A stretch of 64,000 nt of DNA from Paraspadella gotoi (Eukaryota > Animalia > Chaetognatha). The stretch is taken from contig JBJCIZ010000239.1 of NCBI GenBank assembly GCA_051294375.1, positions 7,068,852 to 7,132,851 of the forward strand, written 5' to 3'. The position numbers and the translations under genes are program-made. Within the stretch, counting starts at the first letter, position 1. Every line of letters begins with the position of its first letter. Positions 25,662 through 37,725 of the stretch are shown here, piece by piece. Below the pieces are notes generated by a model that did no database searches, was not told the DNA's origin, and worked only from the letters and a program-made list of their open reading frames with translations.

Positions 25662-26831
25662 CTGTTTTGGTGGGGGGGGGATTAGACCGTTAGAATGGGG
25701 TTGGATGGCGTCGCGGGCTTGAGAATTGGCGGAAGAATTCAGAGTTGGGGATTAGTTTCTTATTAGTGGAGATTGTTATTGAAAAACATTGAGCGCTTTG
25801 CTGTAACCTAATTTATACCTTGTAGATATCACGAGGCGAAGCCATTTCGCTATCAAAGGAGAGAATCAACCCAATTCGCATTCATTTTATAAATAAAATA
25901 ATCAGAGCTCAAACAGAACCAGTTCAGTGAGATAGAGCTGTACAAATTTTCAATGATTAGAAATATTAATTCATTTCAAAAATTACAAAATATTTCATCA
26001 TGTTACCTAATGTCTCCTGGGCAGACTCCTAAAGTTAAAAGTTTATTTGCGCTTTTATACTTCTTAATATATAAATAGACCAATTGAAATGATTTTTCAA
26101 CTTTTGAGAATACGGCCAATAACTGAACGAGAAATAAGTTACAAACCAATCCAAGCAAAGAACCGAGGACGAGATGAGTATTAAAGTAACTAACGAGTTA
26201 TAACGTTAATGAATTCTATATAAAACCAAATATAATTTCGAAAATTATGAAAAATATTACAAACTATACAATTGAAGCATTTACTTTTTTCCCTTTGTTT
26301 TATGATTCCTTTCTAAGTATTTTCTGTTATTTTATTCTCATTTTTGATATTATTTTTTTAAATTTCTGATTTAGTCAAAGTCTAAGCTTTTAAGTTAATG
26401 GTATTGTTTAAATAAAAGGAAAAACACTATGACTTATGAACGAAAGAGAAAAACATGAACAACAAGAGAGAAGAGGGAGGAGAGAGAGAGAGCGAGAGAG
26501 AGAGAGAGAGAGAGAGAGAGCAGAGAGAGAGAGAGAGAGAGAGAGAGAAAACGAGAGAGAGAAAGAGAGAGTTTTTATTCGCCGCGAGCAAAGATGAAAA
26601 CGCGTCTGATGATAATAAATGCAACGAAATTTTTTCTCTCTCTCTCTCTTTTTCTCTGTCTCTCTCTCTTTTTCTCTTCTCCTCCTTATTCTTTCTTTCT
26701 TTCTTTCTTTATTTCTTATTTCTTTATTTCTTTCTTTCTTTCTTTCTCTTCTTCTCTTTCTACTCACTCTTTCCCTTCTCAGGCCAAAGATGCCGTGAGT
26801 TGAAGGAGAGATGGGAAAAAGTAGATGATGA

Positions 26832-26916
<85 letters not shown>

Positions 26917-27156
26917 AGAGAATTAACGAAAGTGAAAAACTCGATTATGAGTCATCAGGGAAATTTTATTATGTCTTTACACGAAACGATTAATTCCGCT
27001 GTCTTTAGCTAAAGCGTAGAAAATATAAATTCTCCGGCCTCGGCCCCAGGGCGAAGAATTAAGAATTAATTGATATATAACATTAATAAAATACTATATA
27101 AAAATGATCTAATTATTCTTTATTTATATTTTTTCTCTCTCTCTTTCTCTATCTCT

Positions 27157-27198
<42 letters not shown>

Positions 27199-27639
27199 CT
27201 CTCTCTCGTCTCTCACTCTCTTCCTCCAAGGAGACTTTTTTTAGAACCATGGAACGAGCGAAATAACGATCCCAAGTAGACAAAAAAAAGACTGACAGAC
27301 CAACTGACTCAGTTTCCGAGAAATACAGACTTTCATTGGGCTAAAAATGACAGAGTGAAGGAGAAATGTAAAGGTGAAGAATGAGTTGATTTTAAAAAAA
27401 AATAAAATTTGGATAAATACAGAGAAAGTTAAACCTTAATAAAAATAAATATAAAATAAAAGTTATTACTTTTTATCGAAAATTAAAGAACGATTATGAA
27501 AATATTGGCAAAATAACGAGTATCCGATGAAAAAAGTTTTAATCGGAAATATAAAGAATCTCATTTTAAACGAAAAAATTTCAATAAAAATATCCTTTTC
27601 AAATCCTATCCTCTTGAGCCCGACAACCTTAAAATTAAT

Positions 27640-27711
<72 letters not shown>

Positions 27712-28352
27712 GAGAGAGCGAGTTTATTCAACCTGACGGTTCTTTAAGAGCTTTCAAGCGAGTGACAAAATAAAAATGACAAGGCCCCATAAAGGCGCTG
27801 CGAGCGGAGGGCGAAGAAAAAAAAGAACAACCCCGCGAATGAACAAAAAAAAATAGGGCGGGGGCATATAAAAATGAGAAGAGAGCATCCGTCGAACGAC
27901 AAAAGAGGGCGTAGGACGACAAAAGAACAACGGGATTTAATAAACGAGAAAAAAACAGACAAAAGGAGCAGCGAGACCGGGTTGACGGCGAGCAGGAAGA
28001 GAAAAAAAAATGAAACTGAGAGCGACGAAGGGGGGGGGGATGGGCACTATTTTATGGAAGCGACCATTTATTCTATCCTTAACCTTAAACATTATCCTTA
28101 ACTTAGTCACTAATCTTATCCCTGATTTTTATTCTTAATCCTAAAACCCTAATCCTCATTTCTTAACCTCAAAGCTTAATCCCTATACCTTAATCCTTGA
28201 CCTAATTTTAAAACCTAAAAAATAATTTAATTATGAATTTTTAACTGAAATCGGATAAACTTTTAGAAAAATTGACCGAAATGAAAGGGGTTAAGGGTAG
28301 TTGTTAAACAGAATTTGAGAAGGTTAATTCTTTGAGATGACGGAAGGAGAGA

Positions 28353-28397
<45 letters not shown>

Positions 28398-29024
28398 GAG
28401 AGAAGAGAGAGAAGAGAGAGAAGAGAGAGAGAGAGAGAAGAGACAGGGGAGGAATGGGATAAAATAGCAAAAGCACTGGATGATTAATGATTGATAGTAA
28501 GGGAAATAATTTTGAACATTTTCTGATATTTTGTAATAAATTTTTATTTAAAATTTTTAATAATATGCTTTTTATTATTTTTAAATATTTGTTTTTATAA
28601 ATATTATTTTGAGTATAACAATTATTTATTCACTTATTCACTTTATTCAACTATTTTTTTATTCTCTTTTTTTGTTTGTTTTTTTTTCTCATTTTGTGGT
28701 TGAATTTAGATGAGGAAAAGATTGATTTTTATTATAATAATTTTTTTAATATTGTTACATACAATAACATTTTTATTCTTCATCAGTCAAATTGCCTTTA
28801 CACTAAAAGAATATAAATGCTATTCAAAACCTGTATGTAACAATATTAATAAAAAATTTGTTGTGAAAAAATCAATCTTTTTCTCATTCTTATTAAACTA
28901 ACTCATTGCTAATTTATAATCTGAAATTTGCGTTTTTGGTAAATAGGGCTTTTTTTCTTCATCCTTCTTTCAACGGCTTCCATTTTTTTTCCATCTAAAA
29001 TTGAAATCGCCTATTCATGGTGTA

Positions 29025-29098
<74 letters not shown>

Positions 29099-29125
29099 AT
29101 TCTCTCTCTCCCTCCCTCCCTTTAC

Positions 29126-29217
29126 CTTCAACACTAGTTGTGCGTCGGGTCCAATCCACGTAAGTTGGAATGAAGGATTTCCGGTTACTTTGCCATGGAG
29201 GATGAGGGTTCGCCGAG
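29126..29217 (-). CDS. Ig-superfamily gene, exon d (B-C strands of Ig2)
   Basis: cctcctccttcag|CTC...AAG|gtaaag; reads TLILHGKVTGNPSFQLTWIGPDAQLVLK with one indel near the start. Copies at 1535-1560 and 51501-51601 show CAA TGC, giving consensus LGGTLILQCKVTGNP. Confidence 0.72.
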
Positions 29218-29589
29218 CTGAAGGAGGAGGAGGAGGAAGAGGAAGAGGAGGAGGAGAATAAAAAATAATAAATTCCGAGGTGAAAAAAAAAGAAAAATTT
29301 TCTCTCGCTTTTTATTTTATAAAGAATGCGGGGGGGGGGGGTGAAAAGAAAAAAGAAAAAAAAAAAAAGAAAAGAAAAAGAAAGAAAAGATAGAATCTCC
29401 TCTCGACCAAGTTGAAGGGTTTTTTAACAAATTAATGAGAGAGAGAGAGAAGAGAGATAGAGAAAGATAGAGAGAGAGAAAGAGAGAGAGAGTGAGAGAG
29501 AGAGAGACTTTTTAAAACGTATTCCGCAAAGAAAATGGAGAGAAAAATGATAGAATTTCCTTTAGATGAGGTGAGAAAGAGAGATAGAT

Positions 29590-29641
<52 letters not shown>

Positions 29642-31408
29642 ATAGATAATAGATAGATAGATAGATAGGTAGATAGAGAGAGAGAGAGAGAGAGTGAGAG
29701 AGAGACTTGGAAAATGAAAGAAAGACGAGGAAAAATATGCTGGGTTGATTTTGGTGGGGTTGAGGCGAGAGAGAGAGAGAGAGAAGAGAGAGAAGAGAGA
29801 GAGAGGAGGGAAGAGAGAGAGAGAGAGATAAGAGAACAGACAGACAGAGAAAAGAAAGAGAGACAGAGAAAGAAAGAGAGAGCGAAAGCAAAAAATGGAA
29901 AAAAGAAGAAGGGGAGAAAAAAGATATAAATAAATAAATAAAATAAATAAAACTTGAGTTTTTGTAGAATATACTGATTTTAATTCACCTTTTAGTTCAA
30001 TATCTTTTTTTTATTCGTCAATTTTAAGTCTTTTAAAAATTGAAGACTTGTACATTTAATTTTGTTTTCTTTTTCTTTTTTTCTTCTTTTTTTTACTTTA
30101 TTTTATTCCCTCTTTTTTTATTTCTCCTTAATTCTCCCCCCTCCCTTAATATTGACGAATTTCCCTTTCACCTTTTCCGCCGCCGTTCGAGATTAAAAGG
30201 AATCGCGTTTCAAGAAGGTGAAATCAAAGATGGCGTTGACGGCGACGGCGGGAGAATAAAAGATGGCGTTGATCGTCGACGGCGGGATAATAAAAGATGC
30301 GGAGCAATAAAAAGATGGCGTTGACGTGATGGCGGGAGAATAAAAGATGGCATTGACATCGACAGCGGGAGAATAAAGATGGCGGTTGACGTCGGACGGC
30401 GGGAAAATAAAAAGATGGCATTGACNNNNNNNNNNNNNNNNNNNNNNNNNGTCGACGGCGGGAGAATAAAAGATGGCGTTGACGTCGATGGCGGGAGAAT
30501 AAAATGGCGGACTTGGATGGAGGAACTTGTTATGTAACTGATAACCCCCACCGACCCTCAGAAAAACTAACAAACCAACCAACCAGTCAAACAACACACC
30601 AAATAACCAACCAACCAATCATACCAATCTACCAACAATTCGATCAATTGTTTCTCTTACTGACCAATCAAAAAACCAAACTAACTCACCAATTAATTCT
30701 TTACCCAACCAACCAATCAAACAACACAAAACCGATCACCCAACCAACTAACATACTAACAAACCAACCAAGCAATCAAAGCAAGTGACTGCCTACCAAC
30801 AAAACTAACATACCCACCAACCAATTAACTCTTTAGTCAACCAACCAAACCAACCAAACCAACAAATCAATCAATTAACTAACCAACCAACCAATTTACT
30901 AACAAACTAAGCAATCAACAAAATCAACCAACCGTCCGAAACCACCAACCAATCAACCATCCAATCAACTGTTGGGTTTTTCTCGAAATAATAAGAAAAA
31001 AAATCGTCATGAATTTATAATCGAATCTCGTTTACGACGATGGTCGTAGTCTTCTTCATCGTCGCCGTCGTCGTCATCTTTTTCGTCGTCGCCATTTTTT
31101 TTATCGAAAAATATTCATGAAACAGAAAGACTCTTTCCTTAATTAGTTCTCAGCGAAGTAGCCGCCGTCCCCGCCGCTGCCGCTGCCGCTGCCGCTGCCA
31201 CCGCCACTGCCGCCACCGCCGCTGCCGCCTTAATATTTTGCTCTAATATTTTTCCTAAAAATTTAATCCAATCCTTGACCAAAACTCTAACCAATTTCCT
31301 ATCCTAATCCCTAACCCTCCTCCCTGCCCCTAAACCCTCACCTAATTGTTCGACTTAAACAGAAAACTTAATTCCGAAAATGGGTCGCTTTCGGAAAAGA
31401 GAACCCAC

Positions 31409-31641
31409 CTTTGGAGTCCCGATCATTTTTATTCCCTGGACGACAGGAATCCGAACGTCGTGCGCCATCGGTCCGTAAAAGTCTTCGTCGAACTTCGGGC
31501 CCCGCGAATTGGCGTACTTGACGCCGCCGCCGCCGCCGCCGCTGCCCCGCGTCGTTCCGGCGCCGCCTTCCAGATCCAGGGTGATGACGAGGCTCTTGGC
31601 GTCTTTGCCCGAGAGACTGCGGGCCTCGCAGCGATATTCGC
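31409..31641 (-). CDS. Ig-superfamily gene, exon c (F-G strands of Ig1, Gly-rich linker, A strand of Ig2)
   Basis: ttttttcaccgccag|GC GAA TAT CGC TGC...AAG|gtgggt; 233 nt, phase 1 to 0, open: GEYRCEARSLSGKDAKSLVITLDLEGGAGTTRGSGGGGGGVKYANSRGPKFDEDFYGPMAHDVRIPVVQGIKMIGTPK. Confidence 0.88.
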
Positions 31642-32430
31642 CTGGCGGTGAAAAAAAAAAGGAAAAAATGTTATTTATTTTGTTGTCTATTTTCTCTCTA
31701 TCCAATCAAATCTCTCTCTCTCTCTCACTCTCTCTCTTTCTCTCTCATCCCCTCTGCATATTTGTATCATTTTCATTTGCATGTTATGACCCTAACTTTA
31801 AACCCAATATTTAAACAGAAAAAATGTATTTCAATACAAAATTTAAAATAAATGGAGCGTTCTGAGAAAATAAGGCCCATTGTATTACTACGTAAATGTA
31901 TTTTTCTTTACAAACCATCCCCCTCTCCTTAAAAAAAAAATCCGCGTCGAGGCAACAGTTTTCTTACTTTCCTTTTATATTCATTTTCTTTGTTTTCTTC
32001 CTTTCAAAACTTCTTCCTCATACATTTTTAAATGCGACTCTGTTTTCTTCCATTCTTCCGACGCTTTTGTCTTGCATATTTCAAAAGAGGGGTCTCGGTT
32101 TTGTTTTTCGTTTTTTTCTGTTTTTTTTAATATTTAGCTAAATTCCCTACATGATGTTGATTTTTAGTAAAAGAGTTCAGCTGTAAAGAATTTAAAGTAA
32201 GTCTTCAAAGTTCAAACAAAAAAGAATCTTAAAAAGGAAAAGAAAAATAAAATTCTAAAACAATCAAAAAAAAAACAATTAAATAAATAAATAAATAAAA
32301 AATAAATAAATAAAAATCAATTAAATAAATCAATTAAATAAATAAATAAAAAGAAAAAATAAAAAAAATAAAAATAAAAATATAATAAATAAAAATATAA
32401 AAAAACAGATAAAAAAAAAACAAAACAAAA

Positions 32431-32466
<36 letters not shown>

Positions 32467-32602
32467 AAATAAAAAAATAAAAAAATAAAATAAATAAAAA
32501 AAATAAATAAATAAATAAAATAAAAAAATAAATAAATTAAAAAATAAATAAATAAATAAATAAATCAATCAATAATCAATAAATCAATAAAATAATAAAT
32601 AA

Positions 32603-32650
<48 letters not shown>

Positions 32651-32698
32651 AAAAATAAAAACAAAAAAAAAAAACAAATAGAATAAATCTCTCCTGAC

Positions 32699-32848
32699 CC
32701 AAATCCATCTCGGAGATGTTTTTCTTGACGAGGACCGTCCCTCCAACGAATTCGTAAGTGGGCGTCACCCACATGATCCGCGGACGAGGATTTCCGGAGG
32801 CGATGCACTGGAGGCGAAGCTCGTGGCCGAGGCGGACTTGAAAAGGGC
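32699..32848 (-). CDS. Ig-superfamily gene, exon b (A'-E strands of Ig1)
   Basis: cctcttccacccag|GC CCT...TTG G|gtcagg; 150 nt, phase 1-1, open: GPFQVRLGHELRLQCIASGNPRPRIMWVTPTYEFVGGTVLVKKNISEMDLG. Matches the I-set L-x-C-x-A-x-G-x-P-x-P-x-I-x-W pattern and joins exon c in frame. Confidence 0.9.
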
Positions 32849-33044
32849 CTGGGTGGAAGAGGGGGGATTTGATGTGAATTGGATTGAATAGATTTATTGA
32901 TTGATTGATTGATTGATCTGATTGATTGATTGATTTGATTTATTGATTGAAGTTGGTTGGATTTGTTCTGATTGATTTAAATAATTTGATTGGTTTGATA
33001 GTTTGGACAGGCCAGTTGCCAATCAATCAAACAATCAACCGAGC

Positions 33045-33120
33045 GACTGACCGACCGACTGATCGACCGACAGACAGATTCCAAAGTGACTTATAAAGTT
33101 GCTTCGCAACTGAAAAAAAC
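33045..33120 (+). mobile_element. Helentron/DINE-1-like non-autonomous element end
   Basis: (GACC/GACA)n, then aaagtgacttataaag, a short hairpin agttgc-ttc-gcaact, then an A-tract. Same at about 5920-5998, with an independent relative at 37362-37440. Confidence 0.5.
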
Positions 33121-34574
33121 ATTTCGTATCAGATTTTAATCGGTCATCGAAAAATATCATTGAAAATGAAAGGTGTGATTTGAATCTAGAAACAAATTCA
33201 TTTATGTTAATATCGTTTTTATTATTTATAAAAAAAATTCATTAAAGCTTATAAAGAAATTTCGGAAGGACCTTCTTTCTTGGCCTAATAATATTCCTTG
33301 ACCCTTCGTGGTTGAGACTGGCCTCCCCCTTAGTTCTGTTCATAACTTGTGTTACAGTAAGTTACCAGTAACCCAATTGAGTGTAGAAAACTCGTTTAAT
33401 TAGTTTTTGTTCTCTTTTCTCTTTTCCAAAACTTTAATAATTAATTTAAAATATACTTACAATTATCACCAAATCATTAACCCTAATCCCATTCCCTAAT
33501 CCAAAACCATTATCCCTAATTAGTAACCCTAATCTCTAACCTAATCCTAATCACTGACCAAATCTCTTATCTCAATCACTAGCCTAACTCTTAACCTATT
33601 CTTTAATTTAAAAAAATTAAATTAATTCTGAATTTAAAACTGGGGGCTCTCTTTCCAGAGTTTGGTTTGGTTAAAAAATTGTCGTTTTAGATCAATATTT
33701 TTTTTGTGTGTGAGTGGTACAGTGGGCGTGTGTGTGGGGGGAAAAGAGGGGAGGATATTCGAATCGGAAACAATTCAGAGGAAATCCCGTCGAGAAAACA
33801 ATTTATACTCATGTCCTCGCAAAAGATTGACTTTTTCACTTTCGTCTACCTCCCGCCCCCCTTGCCCACACCCCCTCATTCCCCACACCCCCTCCATCAA
33901 CATCCAAGGATCCTCCACACCCTTCCGTACATCCGCCGCCCCCCCTACTAGAGCGTTGTAAAAATTCTAAATTTAACTTTAATAAAAATTTTAAAAGTGA
34001 TGAATGAACCTTGTACTTCTTAATGCAATAAAAAATGTTTAATATATTTTTTAAATTATGCAGTAGCCTACATTTATACCTATTAATAACTCTATAAATA
34101 TTAAAATTTCAAAATGGTTTTTAGTAAAAATTAAAAAAAGTCTTTAATTAAGTCGGTCCAAAATCATAAAAACTTATATTTTAAGCTGAAAATTAAATTT
34201 TTATATGTTGAATACTGTTTTTTTAATTTTTAACCCACTTAATGTTATTTATTTTCTTTTATTAACTTTTGATGAAAAATTTAAATCTGCCATAAGAATT
34301 AAGCAAAGCCTATTTTGAAATTTTATGAATATATATAGCCTACTGCGAAAATTAAAAAAAAACATAAAATTCTTTTTTTTTATAAATTAATGTTCACTCA
34401 TGTTCATAATTAATATTTATAATTTTCCCTACCCCCCACCTAACCTCCTTTAACATCCCCTGTGCCTTCCAGACCCCAAGTATCTCTGCCCCCCTTTTTC
34501 CGGTTCCTCCTCTCCCTTCCCAGTCAATATTTTTCGTCTTCCCGCTGATTTATTGCCACCCTTTCATTCTTTTA

Positions 34575-34648
<74 letters not shown>

Positions 34649-34824
34649 TGCCGGCCTCTTTTAGCTTTCTTTTTAATATCGTCTATATATTTTGCTTCAG
34701 TTTTTTTTTCATTACTTTGCAGCTGCTGCAACAAGCATTGAAACTACCGGCTCCGTTTTGACTCAAACCAATAAACTGTTGTGATTCCTCAAATTTGTAC
34801 AGTACAGTATGTAAACTGTTGTAC

Positions 34825-34895
34825 CGGACATGTGACTAGTTGAATAAAGTCATCATCTTGTGACAACAATGTCACGGGTTCACATCCAAAGCTCG
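34825..34895 (+). mobile_element. Degenerate tRNA-like / SINE head (also 35366-35435)
   Basis: tgactagttgaataaag (A-box-like) and gggttcacatcc (B-box-like) at tRNA spacing; stems poorly kept. Confidence 0.3.
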
Positions 34896-34991
34896 TAGTT
34901 TTAAAATTATAAGCGGTGACTAATGTGCCCCTTTTGTATGTATTTTATATTTATACATTTTATTGTTAATATAAACAAGATTGTTACTTAC

Positions 34992-35069
34992 CCGTAATGC
35001 CTCCGATTTTTGGCGGAATTTCTTCGGTCGTCTGATCGTCTGATCTGAAATTCATGTAACCGCCGTCGC
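34992..35069 (-). CDS. Ig-superfamily gene, exon a (linker and A strand of Ig1)
   Basis: tttatttcatccag|GC GAC...ACG G|gtaagt; 78 nt, phase 1-1: GDGGYMNFRSDDQTTEEIPPKIGGITG. PPKI is a typical I-set start and splices in frame to exon b. Confidence 0.85.
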
Positions 35070-35136
35070 CTGGATGAAATAAACAAAAATATTATTGAAT
35101 ATTTTGTCCCTGTCTGTCTGTCTGTCTGTCTGTCTG

Positions 35137-35214
<78 letters not shown>

Positions 35215-35531
35215 TTATAAGTCTCTTNNNNNNNNNNNNNNNNNNNNNNNNNTTACTTTGCAGCTGCTGCAACAAGTATTGAAACTACCGTCTCCATTTT
35301 GACTCAAACCAACAAACTGTTGTGATACCTCAAATTTGTACAGTACAGTATGTAAACTGTTGTACCGGACATGTGACTAGTTGAATAAAGTCATCATCTT
35401 GTGACAACAATGTCACGGGTTCACATCCAAAGCTCGTAGTTTAAAATTAAAAGCGGTGACTAATGTGCCCCTTTTGTATGTATTTTATATTTATACATTT
35501 TATTGTTAATATAAACAAGATTGTTACTTAC

Positions 35532-35609
35532 CCGTAATGCCTCCGATTTTTGGTGGAATTTCTTCGGTCGTCTGATCGTCTGATCTGAAATTCATGTAAC
35601 CGCCGTCGC
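35532..35609 (-). CDS. Second copy of exon a (one synonymous CCG>CCA change); third, noisy copy at 36253-36339
   Basis: Same splice sites and peptide as 34992-35069. Confidence 0.7.
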
Positions 35610-36417
35610 CTGGATGAAATAAACAAAAATATTATTGAATATTTTGTCTCTGTCTGTCTGTCTGACTCTCTCTCTCTCCCTCCCTCCTCTCTGCCTCCTG
35701 CTCTCTCTCATCTCTCCTCTCTCTTCTCCTCTCTTACACACATTGCCGGAGACCCCGCCCATCTTTTTTAGCCTCTTATCCCACACGTTTTAAATCATCG
35801 TCTATATATTTTTGCTTTCATTTTTTTATTTTTATTTTGTTTTTTTTTTTTTTTTCTACTTTACTAACTTGCAGCACACTCCGCAGAACACAGCCTAAGC
35901 GATGCTTGCAACAGAGTATTGCAAAAACTACCGTCTCCATTTTTGACTCAACACAACCAAACAAACTGATATTGTGATACCTCAACATTTAATGGTACAG
36001 TACAGTATAATTGTAAACTAGTATTTTTCCTTCACCGAGATGTCATGAGTGACGACCTAGTATCGTTGCAATAAAATTCCCATCATCCTGAAATTGTGGA
36101 CACACAAATGTCACGGGTATATTCACATCCCAAAGCTCGTTTAGTTTTTAAAATTAAATAAGCGGTGACTAATTGCCCGTCTATTGGTTATGTACTTATT
36201 TATTTATACATTTTACTTTGTTAATATCTAAACAACGTATTGTTATCCTTACCCGTAATGCCTCCTCGATTTTTGTGCGAAATATTCTCGGTCGTCTGAT
36301 CGTCTGATCTGAAAATTCACTTGTTAACCGCCGGTCCGCCTGGATGAAATAAACAACAAATATTATTGAATATTTTGTCCCTGTCTGTGTGCTTCGTACT
36401 TCTTGGTCTGTCTGACT

Positions 36418-36452
<35 letters not shown>

Positions 36453-37361
36453 CTCTCCCTCTCTCTCTCTTCTCTCTCTCTCTTATAAGTCCTCTTCCTC
36501 AGTTCAATTCGCCAATTTTCACAAGATTAAATGGCCAAATCTTAAAAAACCTTGAAAGCTCACGTTCTGAATGTTTTACTTTAGCATTGTTCTTATTTTC
36601 GAGCTTTTTCCTGACGATAAAATAAATCTCTCTCTCTTCTCTCTCTCTCTCTTCCTCTCCTCTTCTCTCTCTCTCTCTCTCTCTTCTCTTCTCTCTTCCC
36701 GCCCATTTTTCCCAATTTGATTTAATCGGAAATTGCAAAAAAAAAACCGCTTTGGAAGGCTTCCCTCTTTTGGCCAGGGTTGTAAATGTTTCACTTTCAA
36801 GCGAAATTGTTTTATTTTTCGAGCCTTTTGTCCTGCTTACGCACTATTAAACCTCCTCTACTCTCTTTCTTCTTCTACTTACCGTCCTCTCACGCTCTCT
36901 CCTCTCNNNNNNNNNNNNNNNNNNNNNNNNNCTCTCTCTCTCTCTCTCTCCCTCTCTCTCGCTCTCTCTCTTAATTTTTTTTCAGTATTTTTGCTCCATC
37001 TTTATTTTGTAATGTAAAACGAGTTAATGAACAATATTGAATTCTCCAATTACTGAATTAACCGAGAATTTCTCGAAATTCTTTCCAAAAAAAAATATCT
37101 TTCTTTTATAAAACTCGATGAGCGAAATTAATTTCTCGAAGCAAAACGCCCATCGATTTGAAAAAAAAAAAAGGAAACATGGATGGATTAAAAAACAAGA
37201 TCGGTCCATCCAATGCGTTGCGCCGCACTGACTTTCTGAATTTATGATACGCACATTTTAGTTTTAGGATTTCCTCAAGGCTGCGCTAGATTTGAGGTTT
37301 TTTCTGGCTTAACAAATGAGCTACTAACTATAGGTAAATTATATGCATTTTTAACTAAGTG

Positions 37362-37440
37362 GGACAGATCGACGGACAGACATACCGACCGACCGACAGA
37401 GCGATCGACCGAAAAGTGACTTATAGAGTCGCTCTGCTAA
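37362..37440 (+). mobile_element. Helentron/DINE-1-like element end
   Basis: gacagatcgacggacagacataccgaccgaccgacag...aaaagtgacttatagagtcgc; possible inverted partner cttataagtcctctt near 36482. Confidence 0.45.
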
Positions 37441-37489
37441 ATTCAGAAATAACAGAAATATTTTTTTTTGGTTTAAAGATTCGGTGAGG

Positions 37490-37725
37490 AATTAGAGCTG
37501 GGTATTAGGTTAGGGATTAGGTTAGGGATTAGGTTAGGGATTAGGTTAGGGATTTAGGTTTAGCATTAGGAGATAAGTTTAATGATTAAGGTTGAGTATC
37601 ATGGATTAGAATAAGAGATGAGGGTCAAGAATTAAGGTTGGAGATTTAGTAAAGAATTAAGGGAAGAGATTAGGGTTAAATATTTAGGTTAAAATTAAGT
37701 TCAAGGATTAGGAAAAGAAATTAGG
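37490..37725 (+). repeat. Telomere-like tract with four perfect ATTAGGTTAGGG units (37504-37551)
   Basis: Direct reading. Degenerate cctaa/ttagg tracts also at about 525-670, 3990-4070, 6380-6510, 16740-16890, 28080-28220, 31270-31345, 33470-33600, 44020-44225 and 55620-55690. Confidence 0.85.

Larger units (their letters stand above)
18925..29264 (+). repeat. Second copy of the 10.3 kb identical duplication
   Basis: See 7594-17933; offset 11331. Confidence 0.98.
34720..36495 (+). repeat. Three tandem copies of an about 540-bp unit, each holding exon a
   Basis: Lines 34981 and 35521 match at offset 540 apart from one substitution; the third copy (about 35860-36495) is indel-rich. A 25-N gap lies between copies 1 and 2. 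Confidence 0.93.

Noticed and set aside
31020-31230. Asp-rich and Gly/Ser-rich minus-strand frames in the c-d intron
   Set aside because: (GAC)n and (GCC/GCT)n repeats without a usable acceptor; exon c joins exon d sensibly without them.
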